The notes: generated by a model not told the origin, from the sequence alone. Numbered from the stretch's first letter, positions 49,912-60,292 are shown. The stretch is DNA of 64,000 bases from an uncultured delta proteobacterium (GCA_963845145.1 CAWJQU010000003.1:32001-96000), one strand, 5' to 3'. A program made the numbers and translations.

Positions 49912-51012
49912 ATGAAAATATTTACGCTAATTATATCCTATAGCTTGATTTTTGCCGCCTTGGTTTTGGGGGAGGACCTGCGTCAAGACTTCCCGGAGTC
50001 CTGGTCAACAGCGCTTAAGGCCGGAACTGAGAAAATGGTTATCGCGAAGATAGCACCTCTTGATGCTATAGCCATGACACGTGCCATGAGTCAGGCACAA
50101 TTCAACGATAAGCAAATTTTAGCGGCCCAAAAGACCGTGATCGAAGCACACGAGAAAGGGGTCCCCGTCGAACCGGTGATGAATAAAGCCTATGAGGGTA
50201 TTGCCAAACGTGTTCCACCGCCCTTGGTCGTGGCGGCCATGGAACGCGTGGCTGTCCGCTACGATTTCGCCTTTACATTAGCCCGGCAAATAGCGTTCCA
50301 AGAAACCGAACGGCGCCATCTGGGACAAATCATGGTGATGGGAATCGCGGCCGGTTTGGCGCATCGGGATGCCGACAGTATCGTTAAGCGGCTTCAAACA
50401 AGTGTCGCGCAAATGAAACAACCTGATAGGCGTACGCTGGTATCACAAACACTTCTGACCGCTCGGGATATGGCTCGCCAAGGTGTATCTTCCGGTACGA
50501 CGGCCGAGGTGGTCAATCAGGCATTGCAAAAGGGTTTTAATGGGCAGGAAATGAAAGCCCTACACCATGCCTTCATGTCCCATTCTCCGCGAACCTCGGT
50601 TGAACATCTGGCCAAAAACATCTCAAAAGCGATACAACAGGGAAAAAGTCCTCAGAATACCACCATCAATATGGGCAAATCGGGTCAAAGGGGTCATTCA
50701 GGCGGAAATAGTGGCACGGGGCCTGATGGTGGGCACGGCGGTGATGGTTCGGGGAGTGGGCCCGGGCCTGGCGGCGACAGCGGGTCGGGTGGATCCGGGA
50801 GTGGTCCCGGGTCGGGCGGTGACAGCGGGTCGGGTGGTGCCGGAAGTGGCCCTGGATCGGGTGGTGGCAGCGGATCCGGTGGTTCGGGAAATGGCCCTGG
50901 ATCGGGCGAGGGCAGCGGGTCGGGTGGTGCCGGAAATGGGAGTGGGAGTTCAGGTGGAAGCACCGGCGGCGGAAATGGATCGGGTGGTGGCAGTCCGGGT
51001 GGAGGAACATGA
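49912..51012 (+). CDS. exported helical protein with long Gly/Ser-rich C-terminal tail
   Basis: ATG 49912 after GGAG; signal peptide MKIFTLII..VLG; about 250-aa helical body and about 110-aa Gly/Ser tail. Confidence 0.8.
   Translation: MKIFTLIISYSLIFAALVLGEDLRQDFPESWSTALKAGTEKMVIAKIAPLDAIAMTRAMSQAQFNDKQILAAQKTVIEAHEKGVPVEPVMNKAYEGIAKRVPPPLVVAAMERVAVRYDFAFTLARQIAFQETERRHLGQIMVMGIAAGLAHRDADSIVKRLQTSVAQMKQPDRRTLVSQTLLTARDMARQGVSSGTTAEVVNQALQKGFNGQEMKALHHAFMSHSPRTSVEHLAKNISKAIQQGKSPQNTTINMGKSGQRGHSGGNSGTGPDGGHGGDGSGSGPGPGGDSGSGGSGSGPGSGGDSGSGGAGSGPGSGGGSGSGGSGNGPGSGEGSGSGGAGNGSGSSGGSTGGGNGSGGGSPGGGT
50752..50931. repeat. 4 x 45-bp coding repeat (G[S/N]GPG[S/P]GxxSGSGG[S/A])
   Basis: 15-aa periodicity in the Gly/Ser tail. 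Confidence 0.8.
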
Positions 51013-51019
51013 TTATTAT

Positions 51020-51165
51020 TACAAGCTATCTCAAAAAACCCTTTTGGCCCAATCTCGGCGTTGGGTAGCCGTTTTAACTCCTCGAAATACTACAGTATGT
51101 CTGTGGGTTAAAACGACTACCCGCCTTAATCTTGAACCAAAATCCTTTTTTTGAGATGACTTGTA
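51020..51165. repeat. ~146-bp nested palindromic element, copy 2 (same family as 31303-31444)
   Basis: Outer IR TACAAGCTATCTCAAAAAA/TTTTTTGAGATGACTTGTA and inner IR GGGTAGCCGTTTTAAC/GTTAAAACGACTACCC. Shares GCCCAATCTC.GCGT, TCCTCGAAATAC and CCTT.A.CTTGAAC with copy 1. Confidence 0.85.
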
Positions 51166-51295
51166 GAATGCTATAAGTTTATCCCATCCCGGTTCAATCT
51201 GACTACTCCAGCTATAATATCAAAATGTTGTAATGAAAATATCGATTACAATCTGACAATCAGCTTTTGGCGCTTTTTTGATCCTACTTAACAAC

Positions 51296-51991
51296 CTACT
51301 TAACAACCGGTAATTTTTTTTGCTGCCAACCCACGATACCCCGCCGTAAATTCAAAATGCGGGTAAAGCCTCTATCGATAAGAATTTTTGATGCAACGGT
51401 ACTACGATTGCCCGTAGCACAATAAAGAAGGATCTCCCCTTCTTTGTAAGCATCCAATTCCTCGATCCGATGCTGAAGTTCTTGTACGGGAATCAGCAAT
51501 GCTCGATCCAGGTGCCCTTGCTGGTATTCGCGTTTTGTGCGTACGTCTAAAACCAGTGGGTTCTGACTTTTAATCAAATCGAAAGCCTCGGTGGGTGTTA
51601 ATTCCCGGTAGTTGGTTTGCTGGTATTCCACTACCTCGATTAACCCCTTTTTCCGATCGACAAAAAAATCAAAACGACCGGTTTTTTTCATTTTGAAGTA
51701 AGGGGCAACCTCGGGGTCTCCATCCGTTGGGGTCTCAATGTCAAGATCGGGTATCCTGACAACCGATTGTTCACTATCTTTATCGATGACAAACTTGATA
51801 TAATCTCCCCGGTATACGACCAGGTGCGCCGGTGCACCTGTGTTTTCAAGCGTCAGCACTCGAAACCCGTTGATGACCTGACCCGACACCGATGAAAAGG
51901 CAACTTTCCGTGTTCCCGTCAGCAGCAGGGCCACCACAACCAATACGATCACCAGCCAGGGTTTATAACGTATCCATATCGTTTTTTTCAT
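51296..51991 (-). CDS. exported/membrane-anchored rhodanese-domain protein
   Basis: N-terminal hydrophobic segment; LDVRT..EY..GHL, CATGNRS active loop and GIVGW. Confidence 0.88.
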   Translation of the reverse strand: MKKTIWIRYKPWLVIVLVVVALLLTGTRKVAFSSVSGQVINGFRVLTLENTGAPAHLVVYRGDYIKFVIDKDSEQSVVRIPDLDIETPTDGDPEVAPYFKMKKTGRFDFFVDRKKGLIEVVEYQQTNYRELTPTEAFDLIKSQNPLVLDVRTKREYQQGHLDRALLIPVQELQHRIEELDAYKEGEILLYCATGNRSTVASKILIDRGFTRILNLRRGIVGWQQKKLPVVK

Positions 51992-52072
51992 CGTAACATT
52001 CTCCCAATAATTTTTTTATAAACTTGAGCCTTTTTCCAATGCGATCTAAAAGCAGTATCGATTCGAATCGTA

Positions 52073-55000
52073 TCAGACATTAAATGGGTTTTGGATCCCC
52101 AATTGATGAAACGATTTTTTTGCCTGGTTTAGATAATTACATGCGGCTTGCTCTTTTCCGCCCCTTTTCAGTACCTGGCCCAGGAAATGATAGGCCGTAG
52201 CCAAATCCGGGCGCGTACCCAATTCGCGTAAAATTTCAATCCCCTTAAAAATCTCTTTTTCTGCTTCGCCGGCCTGTAAGCCAAGCTTGCTTTCGAGCAG
52301 TCCCGACCAGACCAACACCTTCCCTGAAACATGCCTTTCACCCGATTCGATGGATGCAGCATGGGCTTTCTGAAATGCTTGTCGTGCCAATGGATACTCG
52401 TTCTGTAGGTACCGACAGATCCCTAAATTTAAATATTGTATCGATTGTCGCCATTGAATATTGTTTTGACGATTTTCCCCCAAGGCTGACTCTATGTGAG
52501 ATAAACCTTCTCGGTCTTGACCGAGAAGCACTTCCGCGAGTCCAAGCATACTTCGGAATAATGGCAGGTGCCAATAAAATTTGGCCTCTTCGAGATGACT
52601 GACGCCATCATTCAAATAACGGTAAGCCTGTTCGCAGCGCCCTTTGAGCAAGAGTACAACGCCCAACTGACACTCGCAATACCCGATAGTCTCAGGTCCT
52701 CCATGGTTTACCGCCGAATCGATGGCCGCTTCAGAGATAGCGATTCCTTCCGGGAATTCTCCCAGCATCCCCATACTGAATCCGGTAAATGTCTTTAAAA
52801 TTGAATAGATGTTCGTCATGCCACCAAAGTAGTCGGATTGACGCCCCGCCCTTTCAACCGCATGCGTCACCTGAGTGGCCGTTTCGATCGTTTCCGGGTA
52901 TCGACCGGCACTCATGCACACCATTGCGAAGTCCGGCCCAACCTGGGCCATAGCCGCCACATCCCCAATACCTACAGCGGTCTCGTAAGCTTTCTGAGTA
53001 TAGGTGACACCTTCGTCATTTTTACCACGATTCGCATAATAAATACCGCTGTTACCGTAAAACCTGACAAGGCTAGGCTGATCGTTTAGCGCTTCTGAGA
53101 TACGTATGCCCTGCTCAAGGTAGTTAATACTGTCCTCCGGCAGGCCCAGGGCGACAATTGGAATGATCATTAAATGAAGCACCTCAAGTTCTCGCCGCTG
53201 CTGATCCTCAATGCCGCCCCCCGGTCTAGTACTTTCGATGCTCTTTTAAAAAAATCATACGCTTCCCAAAGAAAGTGAGTACGGCTGGCCTTTTCGCCCG
53301 ATATTCTTAAATATTCATACGCTTTATCTACATTATCACTTTTTTCGTAGTGATGGGCGAGAACTTCGTAGAATTCTTCGATACGTTCAGGATAGAGCGT
53401 CTCGATGGCGACGGCGATCTGCTCATGCAATCGGCTTCTTTTTTGGCGAAGCAGGCTATTGTAGGCTACTTCCTGAATCAGCACATGTTTAAACAAATAG
53501 GCCTGCTCGGGGGAGCCGGGGATTGGATAAATAAGTTTAAGATCTTGTAAAACCTTTAGGTGCCCCTTGAGATCGACCTCAAAATCGAGGAGCGCATTGA
53601 TGATTCGATATGTAAAATCACGTCCGATGACGGAAGCGGTTTGAATCACCTGCTTGTGGTTGTCATCAAGACGGTCTATTCGAGAGGCAATGATACCATA
53701 GATATTTTCCGGTATATGCTTGGAGGCAATGTCCTCGTCCAATACATACCCATCATTTTCAAACTTTATGGCTGCTTTGGCCAACAGAGTGCGGGTAAGT
53801 TCTTCCATAAAAAGCGGATTACCCGACGACCGGGCAGCAATAAATCGCGTTAATTCAGCCGTCACATTGGCGCCATCCACATTGGCGTCAACGACATTGG
53901 CGTCAACGACATTGGCGTCAATTAGGATCGATCGAATAAATTTCTCCGAAATATCCGATTGTAATTGGTCCAAGATGATATGACGATAATGGGATCGTTC
54001 CGCCCAAGTATGGCGGTATTCCGGACGGTACAAAAGCAATAACAAAATAGGGACGGATTCAATTTTATCGATGATATCATCATAAAATTCTTCCGAAGTC
54101 TTATCCATCCAGTGAAGATCATCGATAATCAGGATTAGGGGTCTGATGTCTGCAAGGCGAAAAAAAATCTCCCTCAATACCTTAAAAGTCTTCTCTTTTC
54201 TTTTCTTTGGGGGCATATTTTGCCATGTTTCACTGCTCACCGGCAATGCCAGAAGATCCTGGCAAACAGCCTGGTGTTCTTCGGTTTCCAAATCAAGGCG
54301 CTTTAGATTCGCGGTAATTTTCAACAGGGCTTTCCGGGGATGTTCCGTGCGACCGACCCCAAACAATTCACGCAGAATATCGCGCAAAGGCAGAAAGGCA
54401 ATAGCGCCGCCGAACAGCACACAGCGCCCCTCTGCGACCACACCGTTTGGGCCTATCCGGCTTTTCAACTCATGGGCGAGTCTGGATTTACCGGCGCCTG
54501 GTTCTCCCGAAATCCCCACAACCTGGCCCTTACCCACCTGACTCACTGCAAAAGCCTCCTCCAACAAAGCCAGCTCTTCTTTTCGGCCCGTATAAGGTGT
54601 GAATCCGCGAAACGCGGCAGCATCTAACCGACTGTTCACATGTTTGGTTTTGATCAAGCGATAGCTCTTTTGGGAGGCCACCTTGCCTTTGACCTGGAAT
54701 TTTCCCAGATAGTCAAAGACGAAATATTCTCTGGCCAGTTGGTGGGTGTTTTCAGATACCCAAATACTGCCGGGTTTAGCCAGGCCTTCCATGCGGGAAG
54801 CCAGATTCACCGTGTCGCCGATAGCAGTATAGTCCATTTGTTGATCGCTACCAACACCCCCCACGATTACCAGCCCTGAATTTAACCCGATCCGCATATT
54901 GAAATTGATTCCCAGGCGCTTGTTGAGCGATTTGGAATATCCCACAAGCGCCTCCTGAACGGCCAGGGCAGCATAGCAAGCCTTCTGGGCATGATCTTCT

Positions 55001-55494
55001 TGGGCCAAAGGGGCACCGAAAAGGGCCATGATGCCATCACCGGTAAACTGGTTAACTTTGCCATCAAACCGTTGGACCTGGTCGGTAAGTATCCGTGAAC
55101 ATCCATCCATGATCCCATGGACTTCCTCGGGGTCCAGTGTTTCGGACATGGCCGTATAATTTACCGTATCGGCAAATAAAACAGTCACCCGCTTTCGCTC
55201 ACCTTGAACAATATTATGATTCGAACGTGTTTTGCTTTTTTTTGCATCCATCGGATAAGAGCGGGAATGATCGCGATTCAGGGTAGGCTTCTTTTGATCA
55301 CCATCCAGGAGCTGACCGCACGAATTGCAAAAATTGGCGGCAATAGGATTGGTCTGCCCACAAGCCCTGCAAATCGCTTCCAAGCGTCCCCCGCAGTGAT
55401 TACAAAATTTGGACATATCAGGATTGTTCTTCTGACATGAAGGACACGCCCTATTTGTCTCTATTCTGGTTTTCTCTAATCTGTTTGGGGGCAT
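52073..55494 (-). pseudogene. class III nucleotidyl cyclase with double zinc ribbon, AAA/STAND-like NTPase and TPR domains; frameshift at C6 run 53217-53222 (possible sequencing error)
   Basis: Four CxxC motifs, VTVLFAD..FTGDG..GDTVNLASR, GEPGAGKS and LIIDDLHW. The TPR part continues in ORF 52073-53182. Confidence 0.88.
53864..53923. repeat. 4 x 15-bp in-frame tandem repeat (xDANV)
   Basis: acattggcgccatcc-acattggcgtcaacg-acattggcgtcaacg-acattggcgtcaatt. Confidence 0.92.
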
Positions 55495-55665
55495 CGCCTT
55501 ATCTTTTCTGATGTAGAATAATATAAATGACGCAATTCAATCCTTTGACAGACCCAATCAATCATCGATCACTTAAATATTGTACAACCAAATATGTGAT
55601 CCGTGGAATCGCTTTGTCAATGTTTGGTAGCGCGAATTTGCATCGCAACGTTTGTTTTTACCAAA

Positions 55666-55694
55666 TTGACACCTTACTTATAAGTGCATATTGT
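55666..55694 (+). promoter_or_regulatory. sigma70-like promoter for the MATE gene
   Basis: TTGACA-N17-TATTGT. Confidence 0.55.
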
Positions 55695-55805
55695 TGCCGC
55701 TATGGTCATGGCATATTTCTATAAACAAAACGACGCCAGTCCGCCAAACCGCTCGATACCCGCAGAACCGTAACCGATAATGACATCCGCAGGGACCCCA
55801 TATCT

Positions 55806-57182
55806 ATGAACCCAAACAATGACTTGACCACCAAGCCGATTCCCGGCTTAATCGCCCAGCTGGCAGTACCGGCGAGTATCGGTATGTTTTTCAACACGAT
55901 GTTCAATGTGGTGGACACCTATTTCAGCGGCTTGATATCCACTGAAGCGGTGGCCGCGCTTTCGTTATCGTTTCCTGTTTTTTTTGTCATATTGGCCATT
56001 GGGTTCGGTATCAGCACAGGTGCCATGGCTTTGGTCTCCAATGCCATGGGCGCCGGCGATGATGAAAAAGCGCAACTTTACGCCGTTCAATCGGTGTCGT
56101 TCAGTGTCTTGTTATCCCTTCTGTTGATGGTGCTTGGCCTCTTTACCGCACCCTTTCTTTTTAAAATTTTAGGCGCAAGTGATACGTATCTGGACATGTC
56201 GTTGGCTTACATCAACGTTATCTTTTACGGTATTGTCTTTATCTCCCTCACCTTTGTACTAAACGCCATCTTAAGCGCCCAGGGAGACACCAAGTCATTT
56301 CGAAATGTGCTGGTTGTGGGATTTTTTCTCAACCTGCTGTTTGACCCCTGGTTCATTTACGGCGGGTTCGGTTTACCGGCCCTGGGCCTTGCAGGGGTGG
56401 CCTGGGCAACCATCCTAATTCAATTTTTCGGCACCCTCTTTATGGGCATGCGCGTTATTCGATCAGGGTTAATCTGCAAGGGATGCGGTAATCTTTTTTT
56501 GCCACGTCGCCAATACTTTATCGATATTGCCAAGCAAGGGTTTCCCGCCAGTCTCAATACGATGAGTATTGCCCTTGGTATTTTCATTATCACATGGTTT
56601 ATCAGCAAGTATGGACAGACCGCCGTCGCCGCCTATGGGATTGCCACCCGGGTGGACCAGATCGCTTTGTTGCCCATTATGGGGTTAAATACGGCCACAT
56701 TAACCCTCGTGGGACAAAATAACGGTGCCGCCTTATACGACCGCTGCCGCGACGTTTACCACAAGGCATTGCTTTACGGTATTTATATCACGACGGTAAG
56801 CATGGTGATCGTTCTGATTTTGCCCCACGCGATTATGGGTATATTTACCGACGATCAAGCCGTGGTGGATATCGGGGGATTTTACTTAAGAATTTCAGCC
56901 TTTATCTACTGGGCGTATATCATTCTGTTCGTGGCCGTCTCCGCCCTGCAAGGCTTGAAGCGACCCTTCTACGCCATCTGGATTGGGCTCTATCGACAAA
57001 TCGTTGCACCCGCCATCGTATTCTATCTGCTCGCAACCGCTTTAGGAATGGGGCTAACCGGAATCTGGTGGGGTATTTTCATCGTGACCTGGTCGGCCAC
57101 CATTTTCACCTTCCTCTATGTCCGTGCAACCATGAACAATATTTTTACAACCAACGGGTTGGTTTCACCGACCATTAAATAG
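55806..57182 (+). CDS. MATE family efflux transporter
   Basis: LAVPA..NVVDT, GDTK..LNLLFDPWFI..GLAGVAWAT and GQNNGA. Confidence 0.94.
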   Translation: MNPNNDLTTKPIPGLIAQLAVPASIGMFFNTMFNVVDTYFSGLISTEAVAALSLSFPVFFVILAIGFGISTGAMALVSNAMGAGDDEKAQLYAVQSVSFSVLLSLLLMVLGLFTAPFLFKILGASDTYLDMSLAYINVIFYGIVFISLTFVLNAILSAQGDTKSFRNVLVVGFFLNLLFDPWFIYGGFGLPALGLAGVAWATILIQFFGTLFMGMRVIRSGLICKGCGNLFLPRRQYFIDIAKQGFPASLNTMSIALGIFIITWFISKYGQTAVAAYGIATRVDQIALLPIMGLNTATLTLVGQNNGAALYDRCRDVYHKALLYGIYITTVSMVIVLILPHAIMGIFTDDQAVVDIGGFYLRISAFIYWAYIILFVAVSALQGLKRPFYAIWIGLYRQIVAPAIVFYLLATALGMGLTGIWWGIFIVTWSATIFTFLYVRATMNNIFTTNGLVSPTIK

Positions 57183-57194
57183 GCCCTGTCAAGC

Positions 57195-57226
57195 CGAGCA
57201 GGTTTTGAATCTACCAAACCTGCTCG
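57195..57226. terminator. hairpin between convergent MATE and GIY-YIG genes
   Basis: CGAGCAGGTTT-N10-AAACCTGCTCG. Confidence 0.6.
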
Positions 57227-57297
57227 ATAAAAACATTTTGTAAATTATGCAAAAGTACTATCACGGCACCCTGGCCGCTCATGTTATCACTATTTCA

Positions 57298-57567
57298 TTA
57301 AACCGTGTCTTCAGTCTCCATGAATAATTGTTTTTTCTTCGTTAACGGCATCTTTTTCAGCTGATGCTCACGCTTTAAGGCCTCCGATCTCGATCCAATT
57401 TTTTCAGAGTAAACCAGCGTAACAGGTCTGCGATACCTCGTATATTTTGCCCCGCCATTTTCAGAATTATGTTCTGCAACCCGTCGTTTCAGGTCATTGG
57501 TTATTCCGGTATACAAAGTGTTATCTTTGCAACGGACGATATATACATACCATGGTGTTTTGGACAT
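57298..57567 (-). CDS. small GIY-YIG nuclease family protein (UPF0213/YhbQ-like)
   Basis: YVYIVRC.DNTLYTGIT..RR..EHN..GAKYTR..RPV and ALKRE. Confidence 0.93.
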   Translation of the reverse strand: MSKTPWYVYIVRCKDNTLYTGITNDLKRRVAEHNSENGGAKYTRYRRPVTLVYSEKIGSRSEALKREHQLKKMPLTKKKQLFMETEDTV

Positions 57568-57933
57568 TAGATAGAATCAAATATTTTTTAATATTATTAT
57601 TTCAATTACTTCATCCGTTGTAAATTTATCGGATGAGGACGCCACCCCTTCCTTTAACAGCATGATATTTTTAAGACGGGTTATGCTCATATAAAACTTT
57701 TTAACTTAAAATTGTATACTATTGCTTTACCACAATACCGACCTGACGGTATATCATCAATCGTTTTGGAGCCAATATCTCTCGTCTCAAATACCACAAA
57801 TATTTTTCATAACCGCCAACCTGCATTGACAAACCATCTCGTTTGTATGTTAAAGATTTAGCACAAAACTTTCTTAAATACGTAAGGCATATACAAAACC
57901 GCACCTAAGCCGTTATGCTGAGGAGTCGAACAC

Positions 57934-58416
57934 ATGGCAAAAAAAATAACATCCAAAGAGACCTTGCTCGTAGCTGTGGATTTCACCCCGTATTCTAAAG
58001 AGGCGACGATTTTTGCCAGCCGATTGGCGGGCAAACTGAACGCTCGGTTGATCTTGCTCCATGTGATTCATGACCCGGCGGAAGCGCCTGGTTTTTACGT
58101 TGAAAAAGGAAAGAAAAAGAAATTCCTCAAATCGATGGAGGAAGTCGCCAGGGAAATGATGACGGAATTTTTGCGGAAATTACGTAAGGCCTATCCAGAT
58201 GAAGTGCCTTTAAAAGAGGCGGAGTCTCGACTAGTCGTTGGAACGCCCGGGGTTCGCATCGTCGAGATTGCTCAAAAAGAAAAGGCCTGCATGATTATCG
58301 TCAGCAGTCACGGTCGAACCGGTCTATCAAAAATTCTTCTGGGTTCCATAGCCGAAAGGGTTGTAAGGTTATCAACCATCCCGGTAACGGTGGTCAAATC
58401 CACGCCGAAGAAATAA
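57934..58416 (+). CDS. universal stress protein
   Basis: LVAVDF, LLHV and SHGRTGL..LLGSIAERVVR..PVTVV. Confidence 0.93.
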   Translation: MAKKITSKETLLVAVDFTPYSKEATIFASRLAGKLNARLILLHVIHDPAEAPGFYVEKGKKKKFLKSMEEVAREMMTEFLRKLRKAYPDEVPLKEAESRLVVGTPGVRIVEIAQKEKACMIIVSSHGRTGLSKILLGSIAERVVRLSTIPVTVVKSTPKK

Positions 58417-58456
58417 ACCTTGTAGGTCCACGATATATTAATAAAGGAGACTTTTA

Positions 58457-60259
58457 ATGAAACCGACCGGTTCTCGGTATTTTCAGGAAGCGGGACTTAT
58501 CGGACTATCCATCTATTTTCTGTTTGCTCCTGCAGGAGTGCATGCCGGGAGCGATACAAGCACCGGTGAAATCAGTTGGTTTTTCCTGGCGACAGGGCTG
58601 TTAGGTGGACTGGCCCTGTTTCTCTATGGAATGGACAAAATGAGCGACGCTTTAAAAAACGTGGCCGGGGACAAAATGAGGGATATCCTGGCGATGTTAT
58701 CAAGCAACCGCATTATGGGGCTCCTTACCGGGGCGGTTGTTACGGCTGTGATTCAGTCCAGTTCAGTCACCACTGTTATGTTGGTGGGTTTTGTAACCGC
58801 CGGGTTGATGTCGCTCTCTCAAACCATCGGTGTGATTTTAGGCGCGGATATCGGCACCACGATCACGGCCCAGATCGTGGCTTTCCATGTGACCAAGTAT
58901 GCGTTGTTGCTGGTGGCGGTCGGTTTTGGGATGCTTTTTGTTTCAAAAAGGGAAAAAATACAACAATACGGTTATATGATCATGGGGCTGGGAATGATCT
59001 TTTTTGGCATGGGTGTGATGAAAGATGCCATGGACCCCTTGAGAACGTATCAGCCGTTTATTGACCTGATGGCCAACATGTCCAACCCGATTTTAGGCAT
59101 TCTAATATCGGCCATATTTACAGCCCTGGTTCAGTCGAGTTCGGCAACGATGGGAGTGGTCATCGTATTAGCCATGCAGGGATTGATCACCTTAAATGCC
59201 GGCATCGCACTGGCGCTTGGCGCCAATATCGGAACGTGTGTGACGGCAGGGATTGCCTCGCTCGGTAAACCGCGAGAGGCGGTTCGGGTGGCTACGATTC
59301 ACGTCCTGTTCAAAGTCGTAGGTGTCCTGATTATGTTGCCTCTTATTGGGCCGTTTGCAAAGTTCGTTATTTATATTTCGCCATCCCCGGCAGAAGGCCT
59401 TACCGGCCTGGAAGCGGCCGCCTCGGTGCTACCGCGCCAGGTGGCCAATGCCCACACTTTGTTCAATATAGGCATCGGCTTCCTTTTCCTTCCATTCGTC
59501 TCCCAATTTGCCCGGCTTGTTTACCGGATCGTTCCGGATAAGCCCTTACCAGAGACCGTTGAGCTTCAGCCCAAGTATCTCAATGAAATGCTGTTACATA
59601 CCCCCAGCCTGGCCCTTGACGCAGCCAGGCATGAAATTAAGCGCATGGGAAAACGGGTGGACCTGATGAATACCGTCATGATGCCGGCCGTTTTAACCGG
59701 TGATAAAGAATCATTGGCCGCGGTTCGGGAGCAGGATGAAGAAGTGGATATCCTGTATAAGCATATCGTCAAATACCTTGCCGAGATCAGCAAGTTAGAC
59801 CTCAACGAAGCCCAAACCGGCAAACTGATGAAACTCATGGGGTGTGCCAACGACCTGGAGCATATCGGTGATGTGATCGAAGTCAATATGGTTGAACTCG
59901 GGCAGCGGCGAATTGCCAAGAACATCAAGGTTAGCGATAGAACCCAGAAAGTGATCAACACGATACATCTGGTGGTCTCCGACGCGTTAAAAGCTGCCAT
60001 CCGGGCGGTTGTGGATGATGAAAGCGGATATGCGACACGTGTCATTGAAATGAATCAGGACATGGAGCGACTGGTAGCCCGGGCCAATCTCCATCAGGCC
60101 CAGCGACTGGTCTGCGAGGATTCAGGAAAATTCGAAGCCTACAGTGTAGAAATTGATATTATCGAAAAATTAAAACGGATATTTTATCATGCCAATCGAA
60201 TGGCCCGCGGCGTTCTTGAGGCCCAAACCGATGCCGAAGGATTGTCTAAAGCTGCCTAA
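58457..60259 (+). CDS. Na/Pi cotransporter family protein with PhoU-like C-terminus
   Basis: GGLALFLYGM, two QSSS repeats, GANIGT and DLEHIGD. Confidence 0.93.
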   Translation: MKPTGSRYFQEAGLIGLSIYFLFAPAGVHAGSDTSTGEISWFFLATGLLGGLALFLYGMDKMSDALKNVAGDKMRDILAMLSSNRIMGLLTGAVVTAVIQSSSVTTVMLVGFVTAGLMSLSQTIGVILGADIGTTITAQIVAFHVTKYALLLVAVGFGMLFVSKREKIQQYGYMIMGLGMIFFGMGVMKDAMDPLRTYQPFIDLMANMSNPILGILISAIFTALVQSSSATMGVVIVLAMQGLITLNAGIALALGANIGTCVTAGIASLGKPREAVRVATIHVLFKVVGVLIMLPLIGPFAKFVIYISPSPAEGLTGLEAAASVLPRQVANAHTLFNIGIGFLFLPFVSQFARLVYRIVPDKPLPETVELQPKYLNEMLLHTPSLALDAARHEIKRMGKRVDLMNTVMMPAVLTGDKESLAAVREQDEEVDILYKHIVKYLAEISKLDLNEAQTGKLMKLMGCANDLEHIGDVIEVNMVELGQRRIAKNIKVSDRTQKVINTIHLVVSDALKAAIRAVVDDESGYATRVIEMNQDMERLVARANLHQAQRLVCEDSGKFEAYSVEIDIIEKLKRIFYHANRMARGVLEAQTDAEGLSKAA

Positions 60260-60292
60260 GCATTAAATTTCTTTTAAAAAAAAGAAGGAGCG

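Noticed and set aside
50567..51154. Overlapping ORFs across the Gly/Ser tail and palindrome
   Set aside because: They are artefacts of stop-poor GC-rich repeats.
57298..57567. GIY-YIG as a homing endonuclease or mobile element
   Set aside because: It is the short stand-alone UPF0213 type, with no intron, DNA-binding extension or element ends.
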